Assembly (NCBI GenBank): GCA_030390025.1
Contig: CM059432.1
Coordinates: 85,996,001 to 86,060,000 of the forward strand
Length of the DNA: 64,000 nt
Reading direction: 5' to 3'
Origin: Squalus acanthias
Lineage: Eukaryota
Numbering within the stretch: the stretch's first letter is position 1; the number at the start of each line of letters is the position of its first letter. The position numbers and the translations under genes were made by a program. Of the stretch, positions 51,655-64,000 are shown one piece after another. The notes beneath the pieces are model-generated. The model was given only the letters and a program-made list of their open reading frames with translations, did not search any database and had not been told where the DNA came from.

Positions 51655-52285
51655 CAGAACAACAACTTGCATTTATGTACAACCTTTAACATAGAAAAAC
51701 ATCCCAAAGTGATCACAGAGGCATAATAAGAAGACAAAGCAAAAGGAGGAGAGATTTGGAGGGGTAACCAATAACAAGATCAAAGCTGTGTGTTTTTAGA
51801 TGGGTCTTAAAGGAAGAGAGGGAAGTAGAGAGACAGAGGGGCTTAGGCTTGTAATTCCAGAGCATGGGGCCCAGGCAGCTCAAAACATGGCTGCCAATGG
51901 TGGGGTGAAGGGAGGGAAGGATGCACAAGAGGCCATTCAAAAGAATGGAGAGTTTGGGTAAGTTGTAAGGATGGATGAGGGTACAAAGATAGGGTGGAGT
52001 GAGGCCATGAAGGCATTTAAACATGAGGGTAAGAATTTTAACTTTGAGGTGATGGAGGACCAGGAGCCAATGCAGGTCAGTGAGGACAGGGATGATGGGT
52101 AAGCAAAACCTGGCGTGGGACAGGATATGGGCAGCAGAGTTTTGGATGAGCTTGACTTTAGAGGGTGGTGGATCAGAGGCTGACCAGGAGATCATTGGAA
52201 TAGACAAATTGGAGATGACAAAGGCATGGATGAGGGATTCAGCAGAAGATGGGCTGAGGTAGAGGCAGAGGAAAAATGACCTGTA
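51655..52285 (-). mobile_element. L2 LINE 3' fragment
   Basis: SLIHAFVIS..LIQNSAA..PVLTDLHWL..FKTHLKTH; tail ataaatgcaagttgttg. Confidence 0.85.
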
Positions 52286-52439
52286 ATGCAACAGATTTAT
52301 TAGCAGGATCCTTGTTTTTGCAAGTGGTTCAGTGGCCTGATGCAGATTCTGTTTTATAGAAGGTACCATGATTTGGTGTTCAGAGTAAGTTACATGAATC
52401 AAACTCCTAATAATTTATGGATTCAATCCAGTAAGACCT

Positions 52440-52512
52440 CTGTCATCTATTTAGAGCATTTATAATAAGCTTTTACTGTCATCGATTTAGAGCATTTATA
52501 ATAAGCTTTTAC
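52440..52512. repeat. 36-bp tandem duplication
   Basis: ctgtcatc(t/g)atttagagcatttataataagctttta twice. Confidence 0.9.
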
Positions 52513-52680
52513 AAATTATAGCATTGAGCTGATAATACACACAGTACATAATAAATAACATTCCTAGAGTTATTAGAATATGAGCTGCTCTTGGTAAATT
52601 TGCAAGGATTTCATTTTATATGATTCCCTGTACTTCCCTGATTTGAGGCTTCTGAACTGTTATCAAAAGACAGAATAATT

Positions 52681-53370
52681 GGCGTATCTTCGAAGGTGTT
52701 CGCTGCTGGCCCCGAACTACGCTCCGCACAAAGATCTCGCGATCCCTGTGTCGAGAACTTTGGGTTTTCCGACCTTCAATTCAATTCAGTGGAACTAAAT
52801 CCCCTTGTTCGAAGTGCTGTGACGTCAACAGGCTGTCTAAGCAGCCAATCAAAAGGCAGAATTCTCAGACAGTGAAGTGAGTAAGCCCTTAAAATTCTAA
52901 CTTTTTAAAATAGTTAGAGAGAGCAGAAGAAAGATTGGGGCTCTCATGAGGAAAAGGCAAACCTGAAATAAAGATGGACAAACTTAATTTTTTGAAAAGT
53001 TTCTTAAAAATTTAAATTTCACACTGCACAAAATTAATATTAGTTTTCCAGGCCCTTAACATTTGTTTAGCAGTCAATACACTGTTAAAACCCCAGTTAC
53101 ACCTAATCCCTTTGGGACTAACTTTTAGTGGGAAATTTAACAGTGTAATTACTGCGGAAGAGCCAAAGTTTTTTGTTAGTTTCCCTGATTTGGCTGATTA
53201 CGCAGATTGCCGGCTCTATGCGGGGGGTGGCCTGTTTCAGAGCTGTCTATGACTGACCACAACTTCGGGATTTCCGCATGCGCCAAATCCTGAAGTTGCG
53301 GTCAGTTTCAAAGGCGGAATGACGGCGAACACTGCCAGTTCGCTGTCATCCCGACCACAAATTCCAGGCC
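52681..53370. mobile_element. Harbinger-like MITE with degenerate left TIR
   Basis: Right end cacaaattccaggcc; ATT on both flanks; subterminal similarity to the 1004 and 58674 elements. Confidence 0.6.
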
Positions 53371-53681
53371 ATTGTATTTAATGTCTTTTCACTCTCATAC
53401 TACTTAGGTTGTGTGTAATGTTGATTTCCTCTTCATCACTTCCACCCTAGATAATAATGCCTATTTATATTCCGAAGGTCTAATATTACATTCAGTTTCA
53501 AGACAGACTTCTTGTCTAGCTTTGCAGTAAATGAAAAAACCATATTTAGTATTTGTGCATGTCTCTGCCTTTGTGATATTGCTTGTACTGGGTTACTTCT
53601 TTCTACACCCTCATGCAAGATGTTTATCCAGATTCTGTTTGTTCATTGAACAGTTAATTCTGATCGTCATTATCATTGCAG

Positions 53682-53790
53682 GCTGTATAAAGATTGATGG
53701 ATTAGATATTTCCTCTGTCACATTGGACCATTTAAGGAAAGCAATCTCAATAATTCCCCAGGATCCTATTCTGTTCAGTGGCACCATCAG
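53682..53790 (+). CDS. ABCC SUR-like exon: NBD2 Q-loop
   Basis: ttgcag|GC..ATCAG|gtaaat; [35 protein letters not shown](R). Confidence 0.95.
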
Positions 53791-53916
53791 GTAAATCATG
53801 CAGAGCAGTTGCAGAGGTATCATAAGGCACACAAGAAAATAGTCATAAAATTACAATTTATTTTTGAGTTTTGACCAGCTTGCTGAAATGCACCATATGT
53901 TCTAATTTACATCTAG

Positions 53917-53995
53917 ATTTAATCTGGATCCAATGTCAGTACACAGTGATGAAGAAGTGTGGGAAACGCTGGAAGTTGCTCAGTTGAAACCTTTG
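53917..53995 (+). CDS. ABCC SUR-like exon: NBD2 helical subdomain
   Basis: atctag|A..CCTTTG|gtaagt; FNLDPMSVHSDEEVWETLEVAQLKPL. Confidence 0.92.
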
Positions 53996-54879
53996 GTAAG
54001 TGATTGGCTTGTCTGATAAAATAGTGTAGCTGTACAGCAAATGTGTATGTAAATTCTTTCTCTGCTGTTTTTTGTCTAATCTCTGCATGAATATTTTATC
54101 CAAAAGTATGCTAAATATTCTGAAAGGGTGAGATTAAATGGAATCTGTTCATTTTATGAATTGCTAGAAAAAAGCTGCCACTATTTCTACAATAAACCTT
54201 TTTTATTCCTAAACTTAAATTTGCACCTGAGTTTTTCTAGTAAAAGTGACTGCGAGGGTGGACACTTACTCATAAAACATACCTGAGTTCAAATATTCTC
54301 AAGAATAATCCAATTATAGAATTTTACAGCACAGAATGAGGCCATTCAGCTTTGTGGCTGTGCCAGCTCTCTGAAAGAGCTATCTACTTGGTCCCATTCC
54401 CCTGGTCTTCCCCATACTCTTAAAACATTTTATTGATCCACTTACCTTTAAAAGCTATTATAAATTCTGCTACCACCACTTTTTCTGTTAGAGCATTACA
54501 TGTCCCAACAACCACCTTCAATTAAAAAAAAATCACCTAAGCTCTCCATTAATTTAGTGATGATCTTAAATTACTGACGCGCAGGCCAGTATAAATATTT
54601 ATTCCCTTATCAAAATTTCATAATTTTGAACACCTCTATCATACCTCCTCGGCCTACTTTGTTTTTTTTTAATTCATTCTCGGGATATGGCCTCATTCTG
54701 TGCTGTGAAATTCCATAATTGGATGATTCTTGGGAACATTTGAACTGAGGTATGTTCTATGGGCAAGGCTGATCAGTATCCAAACAAAACAGTTTATGGT
54801 AACAGTGTCCACCCTCGCAGTCACTTTTACTAGAAAAACTCAGGTCCAAATTTAAGTTTAGGAATAAAAAACATTTATC

Positions 54880-56310
54880 ACTAGCAAGGCCAGCATTTAT
54901 TGCCCATCCCTGCTGGAGTCCGTGTGGTGAAGGTACTCCCACCCTAGCTGTTAGGTAGGGAGTTCTAGGATTTTGACCCAGCAACGATGAAGGAACAACA
55001 ATATATATCCAAGTTGGGATGGTGCGTGACTTGGAGGGGAACTTAGAGGTGGTGGTGTACCCATGCACCTGCTGCCCTTGTCCTTTTAGGTGGTGGAAGT
55101 CGCAGGTGTGGGAGATGCTGTCGAAGAAGCCTTGGCAAGTTGCTGTAGTGCATCCTGTAGATAGTACACATTGCAGCCACAATGTACTGGTGGTGGAGGT
55201 GGTGGATGTTTAAGCCAGTGGATGGGGTGCCGATCAAGCAGACTGATTTGTCCTGGATCGTGTTGAGCTTCTTGCATGTTCTTGGCGCTACACCCATCCA
55301 GGCAAGTGGAGAGCATTCCATCACACACCTGACTTGTGTCTTGTAGGTGGTGAAGAGGTTTTGGGGAGTCAGGAGGTAAGTCACTTGCTATAGAATACTT
55401 GCTCTAGTAGCCACGACATTTATGTGGCTGGTCCAATTGAGCTTGTCAATGGTGACCCCCAGGGTATTGTTAATGGGGGATTCAGGGGAGATGGTTAAAG
55501 TCTCTCTTGTTGGAGATGGTCATTGCCTGGAACTTTTGTGGCACAAATGTTACTTACCACTTATCAGCCCAAGCCTGGACGTTGTCCAGGTCTTGCTGAT
55601 CTGAGGAATTGCGAATGAAACTGATCACTGTACAATCATCAGCGAACAGCTCCAATTCTGATCTTATGATGGAGGGCGTGCATTGATAGTTGGACCTAGG
55701 ACACTGCCCTGAAGAACTCCTGTAGCGATGTCCTGGGCCAGAGATGATTGTCCTCCAACAGCCACAATCATCTTCCTTTGTGCTAGGTATGATTCCAGCC
55801 ATTGGAGAGTTTTCCCCCTGATTCCAATTGGTTTCAGTTTTACTCGTGCTCCTTTGTGTCGCACTGAACAAATGGTGCCTTGATGCCAAGGGCAGTCACT
55901 CTCACCTCACCTCTGGAATTCAGCTCTTTTGTCTGTGTTTGGGCCAAGGCTGTAATGAAGTTCTTGCGGAACCCAAACTGAACATCAGTGAGCAGATTAT
56001 TGGTGAGTAAGTGCCGCTTGATAGCACTGTTGACTACTTTTTCCATCACTTTGCTGATGATTGAGAGTAGGCTGGTAGGACAATAATTGGCCGGGTTAGA
56101 TTTGTCCTGCTTTATGTGAACAGAACTTACCTGGGCAAACTTCTGCATTGTCGGATAGATGCCAATGTTATAGCTCTACTGATCAATTTGGCTAGAGATG
56201 CAGCTAGTTTTGGAGCACAGGTCCTGAGCACTGCAGCCGGGATGTTTTCTGGGCCCAAAGCCTTTACTGTGTACAGTGAACTGAGCTATTTCTTGATAGT
56301 ACGTGAAATG
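54880..56310 (-). mobile_element. Degenerate family B LINE RT and 3' region
   Basis: KQDKSNPANYCPTSLLS, QFGFR, LFADDCT, SPLAW remnants. Confidence 0.85.
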
Positions 56311-57687
56311 AATAACAAGCGCCCCAGTTTCTCCTCAGAACTAAAGCTCTCATCGTTGGTATCATCTTAGTGAATCTCTTCTGCACCCTCACCTTGGTCT
56401 TGATATCCTTTCTAAAGTAGGTGCCCAAAATTCGAAGCAATATTATAACTGTGGCCAAACCAAGGATTTGTAAAGGATGATCATTACCTCTTTGCTTTTG
56501 TATTTGATATCCCTATTTTTAAAACCTGGCATTCCATGTGTTTTTTTTAAGAGTTTCATCAATATGCCCTCTCACTTTGAAAGATTTGTATATCTGAACT
56601 CCTACGTCTCTCTGCTCATCTACAGAATATGAAAGATTTGAACTCTTTTGCAGAATTTTAACACTTTCTCCCCTCCCCCTCCCCTCCCTCCCTCCCAGGA
56701 TGGGAGCCCAGCATCTGGCACTACAACTCTAATGCGTTTTAGGCTTCTAATGAACATGTCATTTGCATGTTAATTTCCAGAGTTCTCCTCATGAGCAATG
56801 AGGTCCAGTCAACAATACAAGCAGTTGTGAGTGCTGCAATGTCAAATATATCTTATTTTCAGATGCTCTTGTGAGATTTGATGCTGAAAAATATAGGGAC
56901 CACAATAATACAGCTTTATTTAGAGCCTTAAAAATGCTGTACTAAGTATTTCTGCATTCTGCACGTACTCAGTTTAGGACTGTTTGAACAATTGCAAGAT
57001 TGGTGGTGTTGTAGGCCATTGAACACCTTTCTATTAATGGCTAGATGACAGCTGCCTGATTTTCTTTTTTGCTTTAAAGCTTCAGCCCCCATAAGGAAGC
57101 CACCTTCAACTATTTTTGTGCTGTATTCAAACATGAGACTCTAAAGATTTTTAAAAAGTCATATATAGATCACCCTAAGCCATTTTATAATGCTTTTCAA
57201 CATGGAATTCAAAATATTTCTTTTAAACTACCATGTAGTGTAGTGCATATTTTACTTTTTGTAGCTAAGAAGATAAAGTTTCTCCTTGTCAGGTCCTGGA
57301 GGAAGTTCCATCCAAATCAGTAATAGCACTGTCAGAGACTTTGCATTTGTCATGTATGCACATGTATAAAGAATGTAGACTTTACTTCACCAACACATCT
57401 GTTGTAGAGTGAGGGATACTTGTACAGACCAAGACCCTAGAGCAATAGTCAGCATTTTTCTAATGAGCTGTTGAAATGAGAATTTGTGTGATTTATACAT
57501 ACAAGTTGTCTTTCAGTATAGATTTCACACAAGTTCTAGCTGACTATTAAGTTTTATAACCACAAAAAGGTGAAGACAAAAAGCCATATCTATTAGCAAA
57601 TCATTGTGCACTCTGTCACCTACAGGAATAAAACAATCAATCTTTTAATTAACTTATAATAAAATTGATTTTATACAAATTTATAAG

Positions 57688-58415
57688 AGCATAAGAAATA
57701 GGAGTAGTAGTTGGTCATACGGCCCTTCGAGCCTGCTCCGCCATTCAATAAGATCATGACTGATCTTCTACCTCAACTCCACTTTCCTGCCCTATCCCCA
57801 TAGCCCTTGATTCCCTTAGTGTCCAAAAATCTGTCGATCGCTGTCTTGAATATACTCAACAAATGAGCATCTAAAGCCCTCTGGGGTAAAGAATTCCAAA
57901 GATTCACAACCCTCTGGGTGAAGAAATTTCTCCTCATCTCAGTCCTAAATGGCTGACCCCTTATCCTGAGACTATGAACCCTAGTTCTAGATTCTCCAGC
58001 CAGGGAAAACAACCTCTCAGCATCTACCCTGTCAAGCCCTCTGAGTTTTATACGTTTCAATGAGACCACCTCATTCTTCTAAACTCCAGAGAATATAGGC
58101 CCATTCTATTCAATCTCTACTCATGGGACAGCCCTCTCATCCCAGGAATCAACCTAGTGAACCTTTGTTGCACCCCTCTAAGACAAGTATATCCATCTTT
58201 AGGTAAGGAGACCAAAACTGTACACAGTACTCCAGGTATGGTTTCACTAAAGCCCTATATAATTGCAGCAAGACCTCCTTACCCTTATACTCCCACCCCC
58301 TTGCAATAAAAGCTAACATACCATTTGCTTTCCTAATTGCTTGCTGTACCTGCATGTTAACTTTCTGTGATTCATGTACAAGGACACCCAAATCCCTTTG
58401 AATACCAACATTTAC
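57688..58415 (-). mobile_element. CR1 3' fragment
   Basis: ORFs 58149-58391 and 57773-58069 are the CR1 ORF2 C-terminus. Confidence 0.9.
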
Positions 58416-58673
58416 TAGTTGGTAAATAATCTAGATTTAAATAAAAGAGCAATACTGAAGGTTTGTTGTGTGTTTAAAGTTTCCACTGCAGCTTTTGTTA
58501 TTTGCCATGATATTTCTGAGTGCACTATATTTTAATAACACATCTGTTCCTCTGCCCCCCCCCCCCCCATCTCAAAGCTTATATGGCTGTGCTGTTTAAT
58601 ATTTACACTAGTAATTTGGCACAGATTTAGTTTGTGTTTTCTTTAATGTTTGTAATTTTCAAAGCTTTACATT

Positions 58674-59312
58674 GGACCTGAAATTGCAGTCGGAGGCTTC
58701 CCACGGGCGAATGCTTCCGATCCGCAAGAAAAGTACGCACCTACCTGGTGCCTACGTATCTTCAGACTCTTGCAGTCCTGGGCCTGCAGGCGTAGGCCTG
58801 CATAAAGGCCCACGTATCCCAGGGGCTGCATGCGGTTCGCAAGCGTCCCTGGGATCATGTGGGCAGACACAACCAATCAAAAAGGGGGATTCCCATTATG
58901 CTTATGGGGATTCCATTTACGTACGGAATCCCCATAAGCATAATAGGAATGACAAAAAACACACTTTCACACAACCTAAATAAAAATAAATCACCACATG
59001 TTTAAAATTAATAAAAATGCAATTTAAACATTTAAAACAAAAATTAAATTTTGAAAAATAAATGTAAACATTTTTAAAGGGGCCAAAAATAACCTAAACT
59101 AATTTTAAAGATTTTTGAATCTTTAAATGATTTTAAAAACATTTTATTTTAATATTTATTTAAACCCTTATGCTGGTAAAAGAAGGCTTTGTCAAGCTGA
59201 AAATTGACATCGCAAGTTCCAGGTTTCCACATGCGCAAACCCAGAACTTGCGGGGCACTTACGACCACGAACGCTGTGCGTACACGGTCATAGGCCCTGT
59301 AAAATCCGGGCC
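58674..59312. mobile_element. Harbinger-like MITE
   Basis: TIRs ggacctgaaattgcag / ctgtaaaatccgggcc; TSD ATT; AT-rich core as in the 18053 family. Confidence 0.8.
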
Positions 59313-60526
59313 ATTGTGTTAGTGTAACATATTTCTAGTGGGTTCTTCAACAGTCTGATTCCCATGCAGTATTCCTAGTTTGAGAGGGTCAGCAGGCGAT
59401 CTTCTACCAATGCCATTTTGTAACCATTCAAAGGAAGTACACGAGTCTCCCCAGGAGACCTAGCCGTTAATATGTCCCTCCCTGTGGTTGGTGCCCCACT
59501 GTCAACACAAATAACTTAAGGAACTCTCTGCATGAGGAATCTCTCTACAGTATTTGAAGTGTAATGTACAAATATTAATGTTCTATCTTTATAGAGTTTA
59601 CAGATCATTTACAATAAAAACATATGACCCTCCTTATACCAGATCACTTAGGCGGTAGCTCTGCATATGTTGAACAGCTAGTGCTGAGAAGATAGATGAG
59701 GCCACAACCATGAGCGCTGAGCAGAAAATCAGGGAACGTGACCAGGAGAGCAGGTACTACCTAGGCAAAGAAGTAGGTGGGGGAGGGGAGTAAGAGGAAG
59801 AAGCAAAGTCATGAGACTTGTTAGAGCTCAGCAGAGAGCTGGCGGGGCAGAACCATGAGAGCTGGTAGAGGTGAGCAGGTAGCTTGAGAAATGGTTGGTG
59901 CGGCCATGAGAGCTGGTAAAGCTACAAGAATCATCAGGGAATTATAGCTATGAGTTCAACTCAAGCTGAGCAGAAAGATGAACAAGGGGGAGCCTCAAGC
60001 TTATAGTTATCCTCTATCTGGGGTGTTTAAAAAAACAAAAACGTCTTACAGATGGATGCCAGGCAGGTCAGGGTGCACTCTCACTCTCATCTGCAGTCAG
60101 CTTTGCTTTGGCAACTTTACTTTGGCAGACAGTTAGTGCATTCAGATGCTTCTTTTCCCAATGACAGCTGAGACAGCAGACCAGATGGTATCACCAACAA
60201 ATGTGAATTCCTGACTAATTATAAGAATCACAGTATGTCATGCTTTCAGTGGCACTCACACCCTGCTTGGTCGCATCCACAAGATACCTCCAAAAATATG
60301 TCCAGGCCCAAGCACACCGACCTAGCAGTGACTATGGGAACTGTCTTCACAGGATATAGGTCAGAAGAGAACCAGATGCAGAGCTGTGCCATTTGCTGTA
60401 AGGACACCTCCAGTTACCATACAGCATAGCGCTGGCTTATCCAGTGACAATAACAGTCAAATGTGGCCAGAAACTTGACTCCACCTTCCTGCAGGCATAC
60501 TGCAATGCAGACCTATGGTGATCATG

Positions 60527-60925
60527 TCAGTTTTGCTCAGTGGTAGGATTCTTGCCTCCGAGTCATAAGATTAGCGGGTTCAAGCCCCACTCCAGGGATT
60601 TAAGTGCATAATTTAGGCTGACACCTTAGTGCAGTACTGAGGAAGTGCTTCATTGTATTGTCAGAGGTGTCGTTTTCGGATGAGACATTCGGATGAGGTG
60701 TGTCTGCGTGTTCAGGTGGACGTAAAAGATCCCATGGCATTCTTTGAAGAAATGTTGGGGAGTTCTCTCGGTGTCCTGCCAACATTCATCCCTCAACCAA
60801 CACCACCAAAACAGATTAACTGGCCATCTACCTGATTGTTGTTTGCAGGACGTTGCCCTGCACAAATTGACTGCCATGTTTACCTACAAAGCAACAGTGA
60901 CTGAGCTTCAAAAGCAATTGATTGC
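60527..60925 (+). mobile_element. tRNA-derived SINE (SacSINE1/DeuSINE-like)
   Basis: A-box-like gctcagtggtag, B-box-like ggttcaagccc; homologous to 27528-27970; tail resumes after the Penelope insert at about 61473. Confidence 0.78.
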
Positions 60926-61472
60926 TTTGCTGAACACCCATTCATTCAGCAAATGTGACCCTGACCTTCTGGTTGCTTGCCATTTTAATTCTCCATCCCA
61001 CTTCCACTCTGACTTTTCTGTCCTCGGCTCGAGGAACAGCATCTCATCTTTCGATTAGGCACTTTACAGCCTTCCAGACTCAACATAGAGTTCAACAATT
61101 TCAGATCAGAACCACTGCTCCCATTTTTTCCAGACAGCAGGTGCTGGTAATGATGCTGCTGTTGCCATTTACAGCTCCTCTAGACCCATCTTTTGTTTTT
61201 TTATTTGTCCCATTACCACCCCCTGTTGCTCGCACCATCATCCCTGTTGTCATTTAATCTCTCCTGCCTTCCACCCTATCACAGATCTTCCTTTTTGTAC
61301 TTTCCTCCTCTTCCCTCTCCTTTGTCTGCCTTTGCACTTGCTCAAAACCTATTATATTTCTAACTTTTGCCAGTTCTGACGAAAGGTCATCGACCTGAAA
61401 CGTTAGCTCTGTTTCTCTCTCCACAGATGCTGCCTGACCTGCTGAGTATTTACAGCATTTTTTGTTTTTACT
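60925..61472 (+). mobile_element. Penelope-like retroelement 3' fragment
   Basis: VACHFNSPSH..SVLG, LEEQHLIFRLGTLQPSRLNIEFNNFR; terminal repeat with hammerhead. Confidence 0.82.
61372..61408 (+). ncRNA. Minimal type I hammerhead ribozyme (Penelope)
   Basis: agtt CTGACGA a aggtc atc gacct GAAA cgtt agct: intact core, 5-bp stem II, palindromic ACGT stem III, 4-bp stem I. Confidence 0.7.
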
Positions 61473-62171
61473 TCAAAATTAATTCATTGACTGTAAAGCA
61501 CGTTAGGACATGAAATATATATATAGCTCTTTCTTCATGTGGTTCTGTGGAGTTGCACTGAGAGTCACCTTTTTCACAACCACCTCATGCAGCAGCATCT
61601 CCACTTCAGCAAGTATGAAACAGGAGGCCCAGAAGTCACCTTTGCTATGAGCAGCCTTTCAGAATCTTTGTCCCAATATTCTTAAACTCCTGTTTAATTG
61701 TCCTCTTCCCTCTAAATTTCACTTACAATTTTCCATTCCCTATACCCATTCAAATCTGTACCTGAAGCTATGTAAATGAGTGAAAATTGGGTACAAACAG
61801 CATATTGCTATCTGAGTCTGTCTAAAAGATGCCACTTTCCAATCAGGTCTAAACTATCCCATAGTGAAAAATCTAGGCTCTTGTGTCTGAGCCAGCAAGT
61901 TGACTAACTGAATGTGTAACCTCCATTTTGAAGGCGGTAATATTTCAACATATTTTAAATGAAGACCTAAAGAGGGTGAAGAAAACAAAAACCATAGACA
62001 AAGTTCAATTTCTTTCACATCTTCTATAGCAGTTCCCAACTCCAAGAATAAAAATCACCATCAGTGTGCTATGTGGTTGAAATTAGGTATGGGAGAATCA
62101 ATAAAGCACAATCACATTTCATTAATAACAACAAAATGAGTTGTGGTTTTAAAAAATACTAGCAGTAATAA

Positions 62172-62560
62172 TAGGAACATGGGAACATAAGTAGACCATT
62201 CAGCTCCTCGAGCCTGTTCTGCCATTCAATTAGATCATGGCTGATCTGCACCTCAACTTCATTTATCCACCTTTGTCCCATATCCCTGATACACTTACCC
62301 ATCATAAATCTATCTACTTCATTCTTGGAAATTTCAGTTGCCACTTTTAGGAGAGCAAGTTCTAGATTAGCATTTAGATGAGCACTTGAAACGCCATAGC
62401 ATACAAGGCTACGGACCAAGTGCTGAAAAATGGGATTTGAATAGATAGGACTTGATGGTTGGCGCAGACACGATGGGCCGAAGGGCCTCTTTCTGTGCTG
62501 TATGACTCTTTCACACAAAGAGTAGTGGAAATAAAGTTCTTCCTAATTTCACTCCTAAAT
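62172..62560. mobile_element. Nested CR1 3' tails in both orientations
   Basis: Minus-strand tail cataagtagaccattcagc.. interrupted by a plus-strand tail ..gggccgaagggcct. Confidence 0.65.
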
Positions 62561-63169
62561 CATTAATCTCTCCTTTTTATCTGCCTCTTTCCCTGATTTT
62601 ACTTTTACAGTGGAACCTCTATTATATACCATACTGGAGGGGACCCTCCTTGCAGATAATAGAAATTGGCAGATAATCAAGATCTCCAAATGACTATATA
62701 TTGCTCTGCCTCCTCCCCCCCGCCTGCCAGTTACCTGCCTCAATCCTCTACACCTTCAATCCAACACTAGCTAGATGAGCAGCTACGGCAACAACCAATC
62801 ATTGATCCACAGGCTCACAGCTGCTCTACATACCCACTCATGGCTTCAACCTCCAGACCTGAGATAAAACACTTCCCTGACACCAAACACAGGCACCCAA
62901 CTACATAGTTAAAGTAGCATGCAGCCCAGCAATACTGTTGACTCTGGATCTGCTGACTTTAAATCAATACATAGCCTGCCTTTTAAAATGGGATCCCCTT
63001 GTTGAAACAGGTAGGCTCTGCTTTGATTTTAAACATCACCTTTACTAAAATCAGTGCTGAAGAGGGTGCTAACAGGATTGCTGGGGGTGCATTCAATTCT
63101 AGCTAGCATTTAAAGAATGAATACATCATTTACAACAAATATACATTCGTTTAAGGCACAAAAACCCCA

Positions 63170-63487
63170 CCAGAAAAGTGGTCCAACCGTGGCTAACAAG
63201 AGAAGTTAAAGATAGTATTAGATCAAAGGAAGAGGCTTCTAATGTTGCCAAAAAGAGTAGTAAGCCTGAGGATTGGGAGAATTTTAGAATTCAGCAAAGG
63301 AGGGCCAAGAAATTGATAAAGAAAGGGAAAATAGAATGAGAGTAAACTAGCGAGAGACATAAAAACAGACTGTAAAAGCTTCTATAGTTATGTAAAAAGG
63401 AAAAGATTAGCAAAAGTAAATATGGGTCCCTTACAGGCTGAGACAGGAGAAATTATAATGGAGAATAAGGAAATTGAACAAATACTT
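63170..63487 (+). mobile_element. CR1 ORF2 fragment (region between endonuclease and RT)
   Basis: QPWLTREVKDSI..WENFRIQQR..KTDCKSFY; homologous to 47745-48060. Confidence 0.8.
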
Positions 63488-63488
63488 T

Positions 63489-64000
63489 GGGCTCAATTTT
63501 AATAGCCCTGAGGAGGCGGATTTGGAGGCGGGTCTACAGCGAAAATCGGAAAAAATGGCTTCAGACACCCAACCCGATTTTCGTGGGTGTCTGTTCATCC
63601 GCTCCCAAACTGATCCAACTGGAACCGGTGGGACAGGTAGTTAAGGCAGTTAACAGCCTGTTAACTGCCTTGCTAATCCTATTTTGATCGTGGTTTCCCA
63701 TTTTCGTGCTTCTGGCTCCTGTTTCCCTGACTTGTCAGAAACAGACCAGGTTCAAGTTGCTGGAGGACATGATTTGTATGCATTGGTGGAATGCTTTAAA
63801 AGCGTCCTTGAAACATAGCTGACATTCAAATGCAACAACTTTGCTGTTGTAGGTATGGGATAAGATTTTGCATATCTACTGACCTTGTGACTGTTCAAGC
63901 TGATACCCATCTGCAGTGTGACATGAATGGAATAATTGCAGGCCACTTCGACTGTGCGCTTGCAAGCTTGTTGCCTCAAATGAAATCTATAGCAAGGGGA
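63489..64000. mobile_element. Left end of a Harbinger-like element running off the window
   Basis: gggctcaatttt..ggcggatttggaggcgggtc resembles the start of the 38983 element. Confidence 0.55.

Larger units (their letters stand above)
2124..53995 (+). other. Partial multi-exon gene: ABC transporter subfamily C, SUR (ABCC8/ABCC9)-like; 14 exons in window, both ends not found
   Basis: Exons joined at GT-AG sites give 2121 nt / 707 aa in frame with NBD1 (Walker A GSGKT, LSGGQ, VILDD, H-loop), TMD2 (FFETTPVGRILNRFSSD, HFSETLGGLTTIRAY) and NBD2 start ([27 protein letters not shown]). Confidence 0.93.

Noticed and set aside
56863..56940. Candidate next exon after ttttcag (DALVRFDAEKY..)
   Set aside because: Does not continue into the expected EGGENFSVGQRQL motif and is phase-incompatible with the preceding exon
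57293..57350. Candidate exon after ccttgtcag (VLEEVPSKS..)
   Set aside because: No convincing similarity to NBD2 and no clear donor
60527..60600. tRNA gene
   Set aside because: A/B boxes belong to a SINE head that continues into the SINE body; no complete cloverleaf

Overview
Eukaryotic genomic DNA, most likely from a cartilaginous fish (inferred from SacSINE1/DeuSINE-like SINEs and the CR1 and Penelope content). The window is the middle-to-3' part of one + strand multi-exon gene for an ABCC-family transporter resembling the sulfonylurea receptors (ABCC8/ABCC9). I traced 14 GT-AG exons (2124-53995; 2121 nt, 707 codons, phases compatible, no stops) covering NBD1, the linker, TMD2 and the first part of NBD2. 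I could not find the upstream exons or the final NBD2 exons here. The protein looks clearly diverged from vertebrate SUR1/SUR2. The introns are packed with nested transposons: two CR1/L2-group LINE families (including a full-length CR1 with a 77-bp tandem array at its 5' end), L2 fragments, Penelope remnants with minimal hammerhead ribozymes, tRNA-derived SINEs, and Harbinger, hAT and Tc1/mariner-type non-autonomous DNA elements. The best leads are the divergent SUR-like paralog, a covarying hairpin inside a Harbinger MITE family, a sense-strand intronic hammerhead, and the CR1 5' monomer array. Most ORFs in the supplied track are TE fragments or spurious.
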